The notes: a model not told the origin generated them from the sequence alone. A stretch of DNA of 64,000 nucleotides from Bacteroidia bacterium (GCA_039630245.1 JBCNVK010000004.1:5403-69402); one strand, 5' to 3'; positions 9,602-19,943 are shown, counted from the stretch's first letter. Translations and numbers: made by a program.

Positions 9602-10228
9602 CTACATTTCTTGGAGCGGCTCCGTAGGGGGGAGGAAGGGGGATAGGTTTTCTATGGGCCCGCTGCCCCGCCGCAGAACGCGCAGGGCTCCTAGCCCTTC
9701 GCTCAGGTCTAAGACGGTGGTCTGATTAGGTGGTAGGGGGCCAGCATCGAGAACCTCATCCACCTGAGCCGCATAACTCGCCCACGACTCCAAAGGTACA
9801 CTGGCCGTAACGATAGGACAGCTTAGAGCCTCAAGCAAGGCCTCTACCACTGGATAAGCAGAGACGCGAAAGCCTATGGTTTTTCTATACCAGAGATGAC
9901 GGGGAATAGCTGGCCCAGCACGCAGGATGATGGTATAAGGACCGGGCCACAGCCGCCGCAGTAACCTATAGGTAGGCGTATCTACCCCCAGGGCATAGGT
10001 GCCTATTGCACTTACGCTGGGAAGGAATACGGAAAAGAGGCTTTTGTCGGGGCGTACCCCTTTGATGCGGCAGAGCCGTTCAAAGGCGGCTCTTTGTGAG
10101 ATAAGGCAGCCTATGGCATAGGTCGTATCCGTGGGGTAAAGTACGATTCCACCTCCTTCTAAGGCGCGCTGGGCACGCAGAATAGCGCGCTTGTGGGGTA
10201 TGCCCTCTCTAACCTCCCACCGGGCCAT
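9602..10228 (-). CDS. L-threonylcarbamoyladenylate synthase (Sua5/YwlC/YrdC family)
   Basis: YrdC fold motifs (GGIVLYPTDTTYAIGC; KGVRPDKSL). Confidence 0.8.
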   Translation of the reverse strand: MARWEVREGIPHKRAILRAQRALEGGGIVLYPTDTTYAIGCLISQRAAFERLCRIKGVRPDKSLFSVFLPSVSAIGTYALGVDTPTYRLLRRLWPGPYTIILRAGPAIPRHLWYRKTIGFRVSAYPVVEALLEALSCPIVTASVPLESWASYAAQVDEVLDAGPLPPNQTTVLDLSEGLGALRVLRRGSGPIENLSPFLPPTEPLQEM

Positions 10229-11010
10229 TAGAGCAGACCCAAGCGCTCCGCCAGCAGCTCAGCTATATCTTGGACGCGCACAGTGTCGTACTTCCCCGCA
10301 TGCTTTACCCCATCCGTAATCATCGTCATACAAAACGGGCAGCCTACGGCTATGCGCTGAGGTTGTAAGGCAAGCAGTTCTTCGGTGCGCTCAATATTGA
10401 TATCTTTTCGGCCGGGTTCAGGTTCTTTGAACATTTGGGCGCCGCCAGCCCCGCAGCACAGGGCAAAATCCCGATGGCGAGGCGGCTCCTGCAGTTCCAT
10501 ACCTGTATGGCGCAAGAGCTGGCGGGGGGCTTCGTACTCGCCATTGCCTCGGCCCAAGTAGCAAGGATCATGATATACGAGGCGGCCTTTTAGGTGCCCG
10601 TCCGCGGGCAAACGCAAACGCCCCTCGGCAATAAGCTTATAGAGGTACTGCGTATGATGCCACACCTCAAAATCTCCGCCCAGCAAGGGGTATTCGTTCT
10701 TGAGCGTGTTGAAGCAGTGGGGGCAGGTGGCTACTATGGTTTTTATCTCATAGGTCGTGAGTACCTGAATATTCTGTAGGGCTAGCATTTGGAAGAGGAA
10801 GTCGTTACCAGCCCGTTTGGCTGGGTCGCCAGTGCAGGATTCTTCGGTGCCTAAGATACCCCAGCGTACACCCGCAGCATCTAGGAGCCGTACAAAGGCC
10901 CGCGCCACGCGTTGGGCGCGATCATCAAAGCTAGCGGCGCAACCTACCCAATAGAGCACTTCTGGCTTTTCACCTGCTGCAGCCCAGACACTAAGCAGAC
11001 GTCCAGGCAT
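10228..11010 (-). CDS. Cysteine-rich CCG-domain Fe-S binding protein (HdrD/GlpC/LutA-like subunit)
   Basis: Two CCG-type Cys clusters (CPHCFNT ... CCGAGG ... CPFC). Confidence 0.65.
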   Translation of the reverse strand: MPGRLLSVWAAAGEKPEVLYWVGCAASFDDRAQRVARAFVRLLDAAGVRWGILGTEESCTGDPAKRAGNDFLFQMLALQNIQVLTTYEIKTIVATCPHCFNTLKNEYPLLGGDFEVWHHTQYLYKLIAEGRLRLPADGHLKGRLVYHDPCYLGRGNGEYEAPRQLLRHTGMELQEPPRHRDFALCCGAGGAQMFKEPEPGRKDINIERTEELLALQPQRIAVGCPFCMTMITDGVKHAGKYDTVRVQDIAELLAERLGLL

Positions 11011-11013
11011 AAC

Positions 11014-12321
11014 TTAGGCAGAAAGAAGGGGCTGGGCCCAGTTCGCCCTATCCGCCGCAGGTAAGGCCCAAGGCGAGCCGTTGTTCTCCAAATTCACGAA
11101 AAGGACATTTAGCGTTTCGGGGGCTTGGGCGGCTTCCATAGTCACATACTGGCGCAGAGCGAGAATAATCGCCAAAGGATTTATAAGCACGGGACAGGCC
11201 CGCACGCAGGCCCCACAGGTAGTGCAGGCCCATATCTCCTCAGGGGTAATGTAATCCCCCAGAAGGGCCTTACCGTCTGGCTCCCATTTGCCCGTGCGAT
11301 AGAGGGTGCGCTTGATTTCTTCTAGCCGATCGCGCGTATCCATGACAATTTTTCGGGGTGAGAGCTTTTTACCCGTGATATTCGCTGGGCATACCGCCGT
11401 ACAGCGCCCGCACTCTGTGCAGGTGTAGGCATCCAGCAGGCTCTTCCAAGGGAGGTCTGTAACATCCTTAGCCCCTAAGGTGCCATTTGCCTCGGCGGGC
11501 GCTTCGTTAGCCAGCCCCAGACTTTCTCGGACGATTGCGGTCACCTGCGGGAGGGAGTCTAATTTGCCTACCGGCTCCTCACGGGCATAATAGGTATTGG
11601 GAAAAGCCAAGAATATATGAAGGTGCTTAGAGAAGGGAATGTAATTTAGAAAGGCCAGAATGCCCAGAATGTGGGCCCACCAGGCGGCGCGTTCAATGAC
11701 TATGAGCGTATCATCGGAGAAAGCCGAAAAGAGAGGCGCAAGCCAGCGGCTAATTGGAAAGGTACCTGCCGACAGGTAGGGGCCTACCTGCCGGGCTTGC
11801 AAGAGCTGATCCGCTGCATTCATTACAAATAGGGCTACCACTAGCCCTATTTCCGTCCATAAGATTATGTTAGCGTCCAGGGGGGGCCACCCGCGCATCT
11901 CAGCTGTGTGGAAGCGCGGCACTTTAAGCACATTTCGGCGCCACAGAAAAATCACGGCCGCTAGGAAGACTAGCGCCATGAAGATTTCTGCAGCCACCGT
12001 CATAGCGTCATAAAAGACACCCAAGTAAGGGGCAAGAACCCGATGGGTGCCAGCAAGGCCATCCAGAATTATTTCAGCTACCTCTAAGTTTATCACAAAA
12101 AAACCTACATAAATCACCCAGTGCGCCGCAGCCGCCACGGGCTTATCTATCATGCGCTGTTGGAAAACCGCTACACGCAGCATGCGCAGCCAGCGCCGCA
12201 GCGGCGGATCCGCCGGCGTATATGGGCGCCCCAGCCGGATAGTCCGACTCAAGAGTCGTACGTGATAGACAAAAAGCCCTATGGCTAAAAAAAGGACTAG
12301 GGCAAAAATTATTTGGGCCAT
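11014..12321 (-). CDS. Membrane-anchored 4Fe-4S dicluster oxidoreductase subunit (NarI-like TM domain plus two ferredoxin motifs)
   Basis: The N-terminal half has multiple TM helices. The C-terminal half has two CxxCxxCxxxCP motifs (CTECGRCTAVCP, CTTCGACVRACP). Confidence 0.65.
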   Translation of the reverse strand: MAQIIFALVLFLAIGLFVYHVRLLSRTIRLGRPYTPADPPLRRWLRMLRVAVFQQRMIDKPVAAAAHWVIYVGFFVINLEVAEIILDGLAGTHRVLAPYLGVFYDAMTVAAEIFMALVFLAAVIFLWRRNVLKVPRFHTAEMRGWPPLDANIILWTEIGLVVALFVMNAADQLLQARQVGPYLSAGTFPISRWLAPLFSAFSDDTLIVIERAAWWAHILGILAFLNYIPFSKHLHIFLAFPNTYYAREEPVGKLDSLPQVTAIVRESLGLANEAPAEANGTLGAKDVTDLPWKSLLDAYTCTECGRCTAVCPANITGKKLSPRKIVMDTRDRLEEIKRTLYRTGKWEPDGKALLGDYITPEEIWACTTCGACVRACPVLINPLAIILALRQYVTMEAAQAPETLNVLFVNLENNGSPWALPAADRANWAQPLLSA

Positions 12322-12348
12322 CCGCTACCTAAACCTTTTTACCCCCCT

Positions 12349-12564
12349 TCATTCTTCCTCAAAGAGGAATTCCTCGCGGGAGGGATAGTCAGGCCAAATG
12401 TCTTCCATAGACTCGTAGAGGGTATCGTCATCGGGTAGCTCCCGCAAATTTTCCAGGACTTCTAAGGGCGCGCCGATCCGCTCGGCGTAGTCTATCAGTT
12501 CGTTTCGGGTAGCTGGCCACGGTGCATCCTCCAGATACGAGGCAAGCTCCAGCGTCCAGTACAT
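12349..12564 (-). CDS. Small acidic DUF2795-like protein. Start corrected to the internal Met (MYWTLEL...).
   Basis: About 71 aa from the corrected start. The TATATTTG promoter motif lies 9 nt upstream of this Met on the minus strand. The longer listed ORF would overlap the divergent rhomboid gene. Confidence 0.5.
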   Translation of the reverse strand: MYWTLELASYLEDAPWPATRNELIDYAERIGAPLEVLENLRELPDDDTLYESMEDIWPDYPSREEFLFEEE

Positions 12565-12586
12565 ACCAAAGGCAAATATACAGAAT

Positions 12587-13171
12587 TTGCCTGGGCTGAG
12601 TTGGTATTTTCGCGGCATGGGCCTTACCGAGGGGGTAATAGGCGCCTGTATCCTCCTCTCCTTTTGGGCATGGGCTCAGGAAGAGCCGGACACTTTATGG
12701 ATCAAATGGGGCCTCAGCCCGTATGCCGTATGGGACTATAGCGAATGGTACCGGCTCTTCACCTCCGTATTCTTTCACGACGGAATTCTACATCTTTTGG
12801 TAAATAGCCTCGTATTCTACTCTTTTGGGCGTCCCGTGGAGTTGTATTACGGCTGGAAGGTTTATCTGGCTCTTCTTATTACGGGCGCACTCGCAAGCGG
12901 GCTTCTGACGCTCTGGATGTACAAAAAGGACCCCCGCCACCTCAGCATAGGCCTCTCGGGGGTAGTAAATGCGGTCCTTTTTGCCTATATCCTCAATTAT
13001 CCCTGGGCCACGCTGCTCCTATTTGGTCTTCTACCTCTGCCCGCCTGGGTATTTGCGCTACTTTATGTGGGCTACAGCCTGTATGCGGCCCTTCAGGAGA
13101 GGAGCTTTGTGAATCACTGGGCCCACTTAGGAGGAGCTTTAGGCGGATTGGCCTTTGCCTATCTAGTCTAA
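12587..13171 (+). CDS. Rhomboid family intramembrane serine protease
   Basis: Six TM helices. Catalytic GxSG (GLSGVV) and His (AHLGGALGG) motifs are present. Confidence 0.75.
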   Translation: MPGLSWYFRGMGLTEGVIGACILLSFWAWAQEEPDTLWIKWGLSPYAVWDYSEWYRLFTSVFFHDGILHLLVNSLVFYSFGRPVELYYGWKVYLALLITGALASGLLTLWMYKKDPRHLSIGLSGVVNAVLFAYILNYPWATLLLFGLLPLPAWVFALLYVGYSLYAALQERSFVNHWAHLGGALGGLAFAYLV

Positions 13172-13771
13172 GTGCGATACACGCTTATACCTCCAGAGTT
13201 TTTCCTGCAGGATGTATGGACAGTGAGCCGAGCGCTACTGGGTAAAATCCTGATAGTAAGTTCGGCGGAGGGCGAAGTGGCGGTGCGCCTCACCGAGGTA
13301 GAGGCTTATGCGGGCGTTTCGGATCGGGCCTGCCATGCGTATGGCGGACGCTACACGGCCCGCACCGCCCCAATGTTCCAAATTGGTGGTACGCTCTACA
13401 TCTACAAATGCTATGGTCTGCACCACATGCTCAACCTGGTCACAGGCCCAGAAGGTGACCCCTGTGCCGTACTTATACGGGCTGGCGAACCTCTCTGGGG
13501 AATCCCCCTCATGCAGGCGCGGCGCAAGGTTAAGGACCTTTACCGCCTCACCGTCGGACCGGGGAATTTCACCCAAGCCCTGGGGATTCCTCTAAGCTGG
13601 TCTGGGCAAAGCCTTTTCGGCCACCCCGCCATAAGGCTGGTAGATGATGGATATGTGCCTTCGGAAATTGCTACTGGGCCACGCATCGGTGTGGCCTATG
13701 CTGGTCCGGATGCCCATCATCCTTGGCGCTACTGGATAAAGGACTCCCCCTTCGTATCGCGCCCTTCTTAG
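13172..13771 (+). CDS. mpg: DNA-3-methyladenine glycosylase (Mpg/AAG family)
   Basis: EVEAYAG ... DRACHAYGGRYTARTAPMF ... GTLYIYKCYGLHHMLNLV, the classic Mpg motif block. Confidence 0.85.
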   Translation: MRYTLIPPEFFLQDVWTVSRALLGKILIVSSAEGEVAVRLTEVEAYAGVSDRACHAYGGRYTARTAPMFQIGGTLYIYKCYGLHHMLNLVTGPEGDPCAVLIRAGEPLWGIPLMQARRKVKDLYRLTVGPGNFTQALGIPLSWSGQSLFGHPAIRLVDDGYVPSEIATGPRIGVAYAGPDAHHPWRYWIKDSPFVSRPS

Positions 13772-13778
13772 GCCTTTT

Positions 13779-13786
13779 TACCTTTG
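13779..13786 (+). promoter_or_regulatory. TACCTTTG -7 element, 4 nt upstream of the valS ATG
   Basis: TTTACCTTTGccttATG. Confidence 0.6.
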
Positions 13787-13790
13787 CCTT

Positions 13791-16400
13791 ATGGAGAAAA
13801 ACTATACGGCCTTGCCGGTGGAAGCTCGCTGGCAAGCCGTGTGGGAAAGTCATAACCTCTACCGAAGCCTTCCCGATAACCGGCCAGCCTACGCTATCGT
13901 TATGCCGCCTCCTAATGTAACCGGCATCCTTCACATAGGCCATGTACTCAACAATACCATCCAGGATGTGCTGGCGCGCTACTACCGCCTCAAGGGCTAC
14001 AACGTCTGCTGGGTACCCGGTACGGATCACGCCTCCATCGCCACCGAAGCTAAGGTAGTAGCTCGCCTGGCGCAGGCGGGCTTAGACAAGCGCCAGCTGG
14101 GCCGAGAAAAGTTTCTGGAAAAAGCCTGGGAATGGACGCATGAGCATGGACAGATCATCGTTACGCAGCTCAAACGCTTGGGCGTGAGCGCCGACTGGAG
14201 CCGCTACCGCTTCACCTTAGACCCGCCTCTCTACCGCGCCGTACTGATGGCTTTCGTGCGCCTCTACCACGATGGGCTAATCTACCGTGGCAAGCGCCTC
14301 ATCCACTGGGACCCTGTAGCCCTCACGGCCCTCTCCGATGAAGAAGTCCTTTACAAAGAGCGCTCGGATAACCTTTACTATGTGCGTTACCCTTTGGAAG
14401 GGGGAGGCTACCTCGTGGTAGCCACCGTACGCCCTGAAACTATCCTTGCGGATGTGGCGGTAGCGGTACATCCAGCCGATGAACGTTACCAAGGCCTTAT
14501 AGGCCGGCGTGTGCGAGTGCCCCTTACAGACCGCTGGGTACCTATTATCGCCGATGAGGCCGTCGATCCAGAATTTGGTACAGGCTGCCTGAAGGTTACC
14601 CCTGCCCATGACCCAAAGGACTATGAAATAGGCCAGCGTCATGGGCTTCCGATTATAGACATTTTCACACCTGAGGCCTACCTCTCTGAGGCAGCGGGTA
14701 GGTATGCGGGCCTTTCCCGTGAAGCCGCACGCACCCGGCTGGTAGAAGACTTAGCTCGGGAGGGCCTGCTGGAGAAAGTAGTCCCCTATACCCACAAAGT
14801 AGGCCATTCCGAGCGTACGGATGCAATTGTAGAGCCGCGCCTTTCCGAGCAGTGGTTTGTACGGATGAAGCCTTTAGCCGAGCTGGCTTTACGCGCTGTG
14901 GAAAAGGGCGAAATCACGCTTGTGCCCGATCGCTTCTTAGGCACTTACCAGCACTGGCTAGAGCATGTGCGCGACTGGTGTATCTCGCGCCAGCTCTGGT
15001 GGGGCCATCGTATCCCGGCTTGGTATGCGCCGGATGGGAAGGTATTCGTGGCGCTTACGGTGGAAGAGGCCCAGGCCCAAGCCCAAGCGGCTGGCTATGA
15101 CCCCACCACTCTTCGCCAAGACGAGGATGTCTTAGATACCTGGTTTTCCTCTTGGCTCTGGCCGCTCAGCGTGTTTGATTTCTTTGAAGACCCCAAAAAC
15201 CCCGATTTCGCCTACTACTATCCCACGCAGGTCCTCGTTACGGCGCCAGAGATCCTCTTCTTCTGGGTAGCGCGCATGATTATGGCGGGGTACTACTTTG
15301 CCGGGAGAAAGCCTTTCTCGGTAGTGTACCTTCACGGAATTGTACGCGATAGGCAGCGCCGCAAAATGAGCAAATCCTTGGGCAATTCGCCTGACCCACT
15401 GGAGCTTATGGACCGCTATGGTACGGATGCCCTACGGCTGGGCATCCTCCTAAGTGCCCCCGCGGGTAATGACCTTCTTTTTGACGAGAGCCTCTGCGAA
15501 CAGGGACGCAACTTCTGCAATAAGCTGTGGAATAGCTTTCGCCTGCTGGCGAGCTGGGGGGAAAAAGGCAGTGAAGACTCCCCCACCCCGCTTCAGCAAA
15601 TGGCTGTTGCTTGGTTTTCGGCGCGCCTGCGCCAGCTTCAGGGTCAGGTAGAGACGCTCTTAGCCAGCTACCGCTTCTATGAAGCGGCTCATGAGCTGTA
15701 CCACGGGATTTGGGAGGACTTTTGCAGCTGGTATTTGGAGGCCCTCAAGCCCGCTCCTCCGAAAAGCCTCTTAGCCGAAGTAGAAGCCCAGGCCCTTCGG
15801 CTTCTCCAGCTTCTTCACCCCTTCGTGCCTTTTATTACGGAGGAGCTATGGCACCAGCGCACGGGTGCACCTCCTGAGGAAAGTATCGGTTTCACCGCCC
15901 TACCCGCAGCCGAGCCGCTAACCCCAGAGGAAACGGCACTCCTTACGCAAGTAGCACACGCTCAGCGCGTAATTTCGCGCCTGCGCGGCCTGCGGCAAAC
16001 CTTTGGGCTCTCGGGCCCGCTTCAGGTAGCCGTGCAAACCCCTTCACCCCAACCGAATGCCCTCGTCGCTGAATGGGCCCACCATTTCCTGCCCATCCAG
16101 AGCTGGACGTATGTGGATAAGCCTCTCCCTCAAGCGCTGCGTTTCGTTCTCCAGCAGGAAGCCTACTACATCCGCCTAGAGGGGACGCCCACCGAATGGA
16201 CTACCCTCCGAGAAAAGCTTCAAAAAGAGCTGGCCCAAGTAGAAAATTTTCTCCGCACAATTGAGGCGAAACTTTCTAATCCGGCCTTCCTCAGCCGGGC
16301 AGCACCCGAAATCGTAGCACGCGAAGAGAAAAAGTATGCCGATGTGCGGGCGCGCCACCAGCTTTTGTTAGAGCAATTAGCCGTAATGGAAAGCCTATGA
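13791..16400 (+). CDS. valS: Valine--tRNA ligase
   Basis: Class-I HIGH (PPPNVTGILHIGH) and KMSKS (KMSKSLGN) motifs. 869 aa with a C-terminal coiled coil. Confidence 0.95.
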   Translation: MEKNYTALPVEARWQAVWESHNLYRSLPDNRPAYAIVMPPPNVTGILHIGHVLNNTIQDVLARYYRLKGYNVCWVPGTDHASIATEAKVVARLAQAGLDKRQLGREKFLEKAWEWTHEHGQIIVTQLKRLGVSADWSRYRFTLDPPLYRAVLMAFVRLYHDGLIYRGKRLIHWDPVALTALSDEEVLYKERSDNLYYVRYPLEGGGYLVVATVRPETILADVAVAVHPADERYQGLIGRRVRVPLTDRWVPIIADEAVDPEFGTGCLKVTPAHDPKDYEIGQRHGLPIIDIFTPEAYLSEAAGRYAGLSREAARTRLVEDLAREGLLEKVVPYTHKVGHSERTDAIVEPRLSEQWFVRMKPLAELALRAVEKGEITLVPDRFLGTYQHWLEHVRDWCISRQLWWGHRIPAWYAPDGKVFVALTVEEAQAQAQAAGYDPTTLRQDEDVLDTWFSSWLWPLSVFDFFEDPKNPDFAYYYPTQVLVTAPEILFFWVARMIMAGYYFAGRKPFSVVYLHGIVRDRQRRKMSKSLGNSPDPLELMDRYGTDALRLGILLSAPAGNDLLFDESLCEQGRNFCNKLWNSFRLLASWGEKGSEDSPTPLQQMAVAWFSARLRQLQGQVETLLASYRFYEAAHELYHGIWEDFCSWYLEALKPAPPKSLLAEVEAQALRLLQLLHPFVPFITEELWHQRTGAPPEESIGFTALPAAEPLTPEETALLTQVAHAQRVISRLRGLRQTFGLSGPLQVAVQTPSPQPNALVAEWAHHFLPIQSWTYVDKPLPQALRFVLQQEAYYIRLEGTPTEWTTLREKLQKELAQVENFLRTIEAKLSNPAFLSRAAPEIVAREEKKYADVRARHQLLLEQLAVMESL

Positions 16401-17602
16401 GCATTTTGCATGCGGCTACGGGCCTAGATTTAGACGATACGGCAGTAGGCTATGCCTATCGCTCTACGGCGGATTTACGGCTAGCGTATTGGCTTTTTCG
16501 GCTGCTGCGACTGGGATGGGTGGTGCGTTGGGCTAATTGGAGCGGCGCTAAAGCCCTAAGCTGGCGCCTGCCAGTAGAACCTCTGCTGCGTCAAACTCTC
16601 GGGCGACTCTTTTTGGGTGGTGAAACTCTGGAAGCCACGCTACCTATTCTAGCCAATCTCCGGCAGTTTGGCGTAGAGGCTATGCTAGACTTTGCCGTAG
16701 AGGCTGCCCAGACGGAAAAGGAAGCCGAAACCGCCTTCCAAGAGTATCAGAGGCTTTTGCGCTTTGCCAGCCAGCATCGGGAGCAGGTGCCTTTTGTGGC
16801 TATCAAGCTCACGGCCCTTGCCCCACCCTTACTCTTCCAAAAGCTCAGCCAGGAAGAACCTTTATCCCCTAATCTGGAAGCCTTTCTTGGGAAGCTGCAC
16901 GAGCGTTTGGAGGCGCTTTGCCAGCAGGCCACCACAGCGGGCATCGGCCTTATGATAGATGCCGAGGAAAGCTGGCTTCAGAACGCTATAGATACTATCG
17001 CCGAAACCTATATGGCCCGCTACAATACGCGGTTCCCATGGATTTACACTAGCGTTCAGATGTATCGCCGGGACCGTCTGGATTACCTCAAGGGCCTTTT
17101 GGCGCGAGCGGTAAATTACCTGCCTGGCATCAAGCTTGTGCGCGGCGCCTATGTGGAGAAAGAGCGGGCCCATGCGGCGGCCCACAATCAGCCTGACCCT
17201 ATCCACCCCACAAAAGCCGCCACCGATATAGCCTATGATGCAGCCCTGATGTACTGTTTAGAACGCCTAGACCGCCTAGGCCTCTGCGTAGCCACGCATA
17301 ACCGCCTTAGCTGCATGAAAGCCGCCCAGCACCTAATCCTAAAGAATTGGGACCGCAGACATCCCCATCTTTCTTTTTCTCAGCTTTATGGCATGGCGGA
17401 TCCGCTCTCATTTGGCCTGGCCAAAGGTGGCTTTCGGGTAATCAAGTATTTACCCTATGGACCTTTGCGGCAGGCTTTTCCCTACCTCGCTCGGCGTGCG
17501 GAGGAGAATTCCAGCCTCTCCGACCAAAGCGGCCGTGAGCTTCAGTGGATAGCGGCCGAATTGGAACGCCGCCGACAAACCGCTAAAAGACTTTCTCCTT
17601 GA
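16397..17602 (+). CDS. Proline dehydrogenase family protein
   Basis: ATGA-coupled to valS. TIM-barrel PRODH-type sequence (VEAMLDFAVEAAQ ... KLVRGAYVEKER). Confidence 0.7.
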   Translation: MSILHAATGLDLDDTAVGYAYRSTADLRLAYWLFRLLRLGWVVRWANWSGAKALSWRLPVEPLLRQTLGRLFLGGETLEATLPILANLRQFGVEAMLDFAVEAAQTEKEAETAFQEYQRLLRFASQHREQVPFVAIKLTALAPPLLFQKLSQEEPLSPNLEAFLGKLHERLEALCQQATTAGIGLMIDAEESWLQNAIDTIAETYMARYNTRFPWIYTSVQMYRRDRLDYLKGLLARAVNYLPGIKLVRGAYVEKERAHAAAHNQPDPIHPTKAATDIAYDAALMYCLERLDRLGLCVATHNRLSCMKAAQHLILKNWDRRHPHLSFSQLYGMADPLSFGLAKGGFRVIKYLPYGPLRQAFPYLARRAEENSSLSDQSGRELQWIAAELERRRQTAKRLSP

Positions 17603-17629
17603 AACGTTTCCCCGGCCTTCCTGGGGCCT

Positions 17630-19060
17630 TCAGCGGTCGTCGCGCGTAAAGCCTATCGTCTGGTCATCCCGAAAGATAAACGCCCCTCCGCTGCCAAAGC
17701 GCTGAAAGGCCTCGGTCTCGCCCGTAGCGGCTGCCCGCGCCCGCAAAAGAAAAGCCCGCCAATTCCGATTCTGAAGCTCCCCAATCTTATTGGAGTGAAG
17801 CAGCGGATATTCGCCCGTGATTAGGTCAGGATCGTAGAAAACAAAGATAACCGAGCCCTGCGCCCCAATCTGGTTATACACCCATATTTGGTAGGGGTAT
17901 TTGTCCGGCTCGTTGAAATAGAACTGCATGTCGTTGGGTGGGCCGTACTGAATGAATACCCGTCCGCGGTCGGTACGCCAGCCTGGACGGATAGAGGATT
18001 TGAAATGCTGCCGAGCATACTCAAAACGCTGCCGAAATTCTTGAAAGGAAATGCTACCTGGCCGCGCAGCCCGTTTCTTCCAAAAGGCTACAAAGTAGAC
18101 CTTCTTTTCGGCAAAGCTCTTTAGGGCTTTTTGGAAGCTGCGCTCGGTGGGCGTGGCTAAGTAATAGAGACCTTCTAAATACTCATCCAGCAGCTTTTCG
18201 GGAAAGCCATACTGGGTATCGTATTCGGCCTCGCTGGCTTGGGGCAGAGGCTCTCGGGTAGTGAAAAGGTGGAAACGGCGGTACCAGCTTGCAAGCACTT
18301 CACCCGTATTACGGCACAGCTCTATTTGCGTTAGGTAGATGCCAGAAGGCAGCTGAAGCACAGGAAGGTGAAAGCTAAAAGCCTCAAAGGGTCCAGGTCG
18401 GCGAGGTCGCCGCTGAAAGGTAAAACCCGGTACTTCCAAGCCAGTCTGGGCATCTATTAGACGCAATCGCAGATAGTAGGGCTCGCCGCCCGTCAGGCTA
18501 TCCACTCGGTAGATTTCCCCATATAACCGTAGCGTGTCGGGGTCGGTGAAAAACCCATTAGTTATCCACAGGTCTAAGGTCAGTCCGTGGCGCTCATACC
18601 CTTTAGCGGTGGAAGTCTGCCCCCCGCGCGCATACAGGAGATCGCTGTAGCAAAAGCCAGCTGACTTGGCTGGTACTTCAAACTGCGTAACCGCCTTAAC
18701 CTTCTGCGGACGCGGCTGCTGGTAGGGGTCCAGGCCTTCTACTTCTAAGGTATAGACCCCTTGAGGCAGGCGCAGCCGCCGCACATCCACATACAGCCGC
18801 TGGCGCTCCGGCGCCAGCGTATCTCGCACCGAGGGAAGAACGAAGCGAAATTTATCCGCATACACCGCCTCATCCAGCTGATTCTTGAGAAGGAGGAGAA
18901 AATCTACCTGAGCGCTGTAGCCGTCGCCTTGCGGCACGTAGCGGACGCTTGTAGCATCCACCCCTAAGAAAAGCTCCACATAGGGCTCTCCTTCTAAGGT
19001 AAAGAAGCGCACGGGCTCTATGTAAAAGAGAACCTGAAGCCAGAAGAGGGCCGCTAGCAT
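17630..19060 (-). CDS. GWxTD domain-containing protein
   Basis: Contains GWRTDRGRVFIQYGPPNDMQFY. The N-terminus is hydrophobic. Confidence 0.8.
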   Translation of the reverse strand: MLAALFWLQVLFYIEPVRFFTLEGEPYVELFLGVDATSVRYVPQGDGYSAQVDFLLLLKNQLDEAVYADKFRFVLPSVRDTLAPERQRLYVDVRRLRLPQGVYTLEVEGLDPYQQPRPQKVKAVTQFEVPAKSAGFCYSDLLYARGGQTSTAKGYERHGLTLDLWITNGFFTDPDTLRLYGEIYRVDSLTGGEPYYLRLRLIDAQTGLEVPGFTFQRRPRRPGPFEAFSFHLPVLQLPSGIYLTQIELCRNTGEVLASWYRRFHLFTTREPLPQASEAEYDTQYGFPEKLLDEYLEGLYYLATPTERSFQKALKSFAEKKVYFVAFWKKRAARPGSISFQEFRQRFEYARQHFKSSIRPGWRTDRGRVFIQYGPPNDMQFYFNEPDKYPYQIWVYNQIGAQGSVIFVFYDPDLITGEYPLLHSNKIGELQNRNWRAFLLRARAAATGETEAFQRFGSGGAFIFRDDQTIGFTRDDR

Positions 19061-19073
19061 CTAACAAAGATAC

Positions 19074-19910
19074 CTAACGGTTTGCTTTACGCCACAGCCA
19101 GAAGCCCAAGCCGAAGGTGAGGAGCCATACGCCCAATTCGGCCCAGCTCATAGTCGCACGCCAGCCGAGGAGGGCATGGAAAATTCCTCCCAACCAGCCT
19201 TTATGGTGTAGAAGAGGGTAGTAAAGCCCTTCGTGGAAAGTGTAAGTCCAGGCATGGGCCGCAGGAGGCGTGGAAGTGGGGGGGAAAAGCCTCCAAGCCT
19301 TAGCTTCCTCTAAGGCCTCGGCCCACGCCCAGCGGCTGGAAAGAAGCTCTAAAAGTTCATGGGCGCCGTAGGCGGCCATCCCCGCCGCCATAAGAAGCAG
19401 CAAAACCGAGGTAATACGGAAAAATGGCCGCAGAGGCACGCGCCGACCATAGAGGAAAAGGGAAAGGCCTAACAGTACCGCTACCAAAAGCCCAGCAATC
19501 CCGCCTACCCAGGAGAGACTTTGCTGCATTTGCCATAGGGCGCGCAGGAAAATCGCCGTCTCTAAGCCTTCTCGTAGCACGGCGAAGAGGCTGGTGCCGA
19601 AAAGGAGCCAGCCTTCCGTAACCTGAGCCGCCGTCTGCAGCTCTTGGCGAAGGGTACCACTGCGCCTCTGCATCCACACCACCATGGAAATAAGAAGTAC
19701 CGCCGCACTAAAGGAGAGGGCTATCTCCCACACCACGTGGGCAGAGGCTACTCTATGTAAGACCCAGGCTCCCGCTATACTCAATACGACCGCGCTACCC
19801 ACACCCGCCCATATAAAGCCGCGCAGCGCTGGCGCCGCATACCGAGCTAAGATGCCTACTACAAGCGCCGCCTCCAGCGTCTCGCGAAACGTCACAAACC
19901 CCTCACCCAT
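19074..19910 (-). CDS. FTR1-family high-affinity iron permease (EfeU-like)
   Basis: Two REGLE-type motifs (RETLEAAL; LREGLETAIFL) in a 7-TM protein. Confidence 0.75.
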   Translation of the reverse strand: MGEGFVTFRETLEAALVVGILARYAAPALRGFIWAGVGSAVVLSIAGAWVLHRVASAHVVWEIALSFSAAVLLISMVVWMQRRSGTLRQELQTAAQVTEGWLLFGTSLFAVLREGLETAIFLRALWQMQQSLSWVGGIAGLLVAVLLGLSLFLYGRRVPLRPFFRITSVLLLLMAAGMAAYGAHELLELLSSRWAWAEALEEAKAWRLFPPTSTPPAAHAWTYTFHEGLYYPLLHHKGWLGGIFHALLGWRATMSWAELGVWLLTFGLGFWLWRKANR

Positions 19911-19943
19911 CCAGCAAAGGTAGCTATTTGGAATGAATACAAA

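Noticed and set aside
9394-9646. Two overlapping opposite-strand ORFs (63 and 78 aa) in the 229-bp gap
   Set aside because: They are mutually exclusive, lack promoter motifs, and their translations have no recognisable features. They are more likely noise in GC-rich non-coding DNA.
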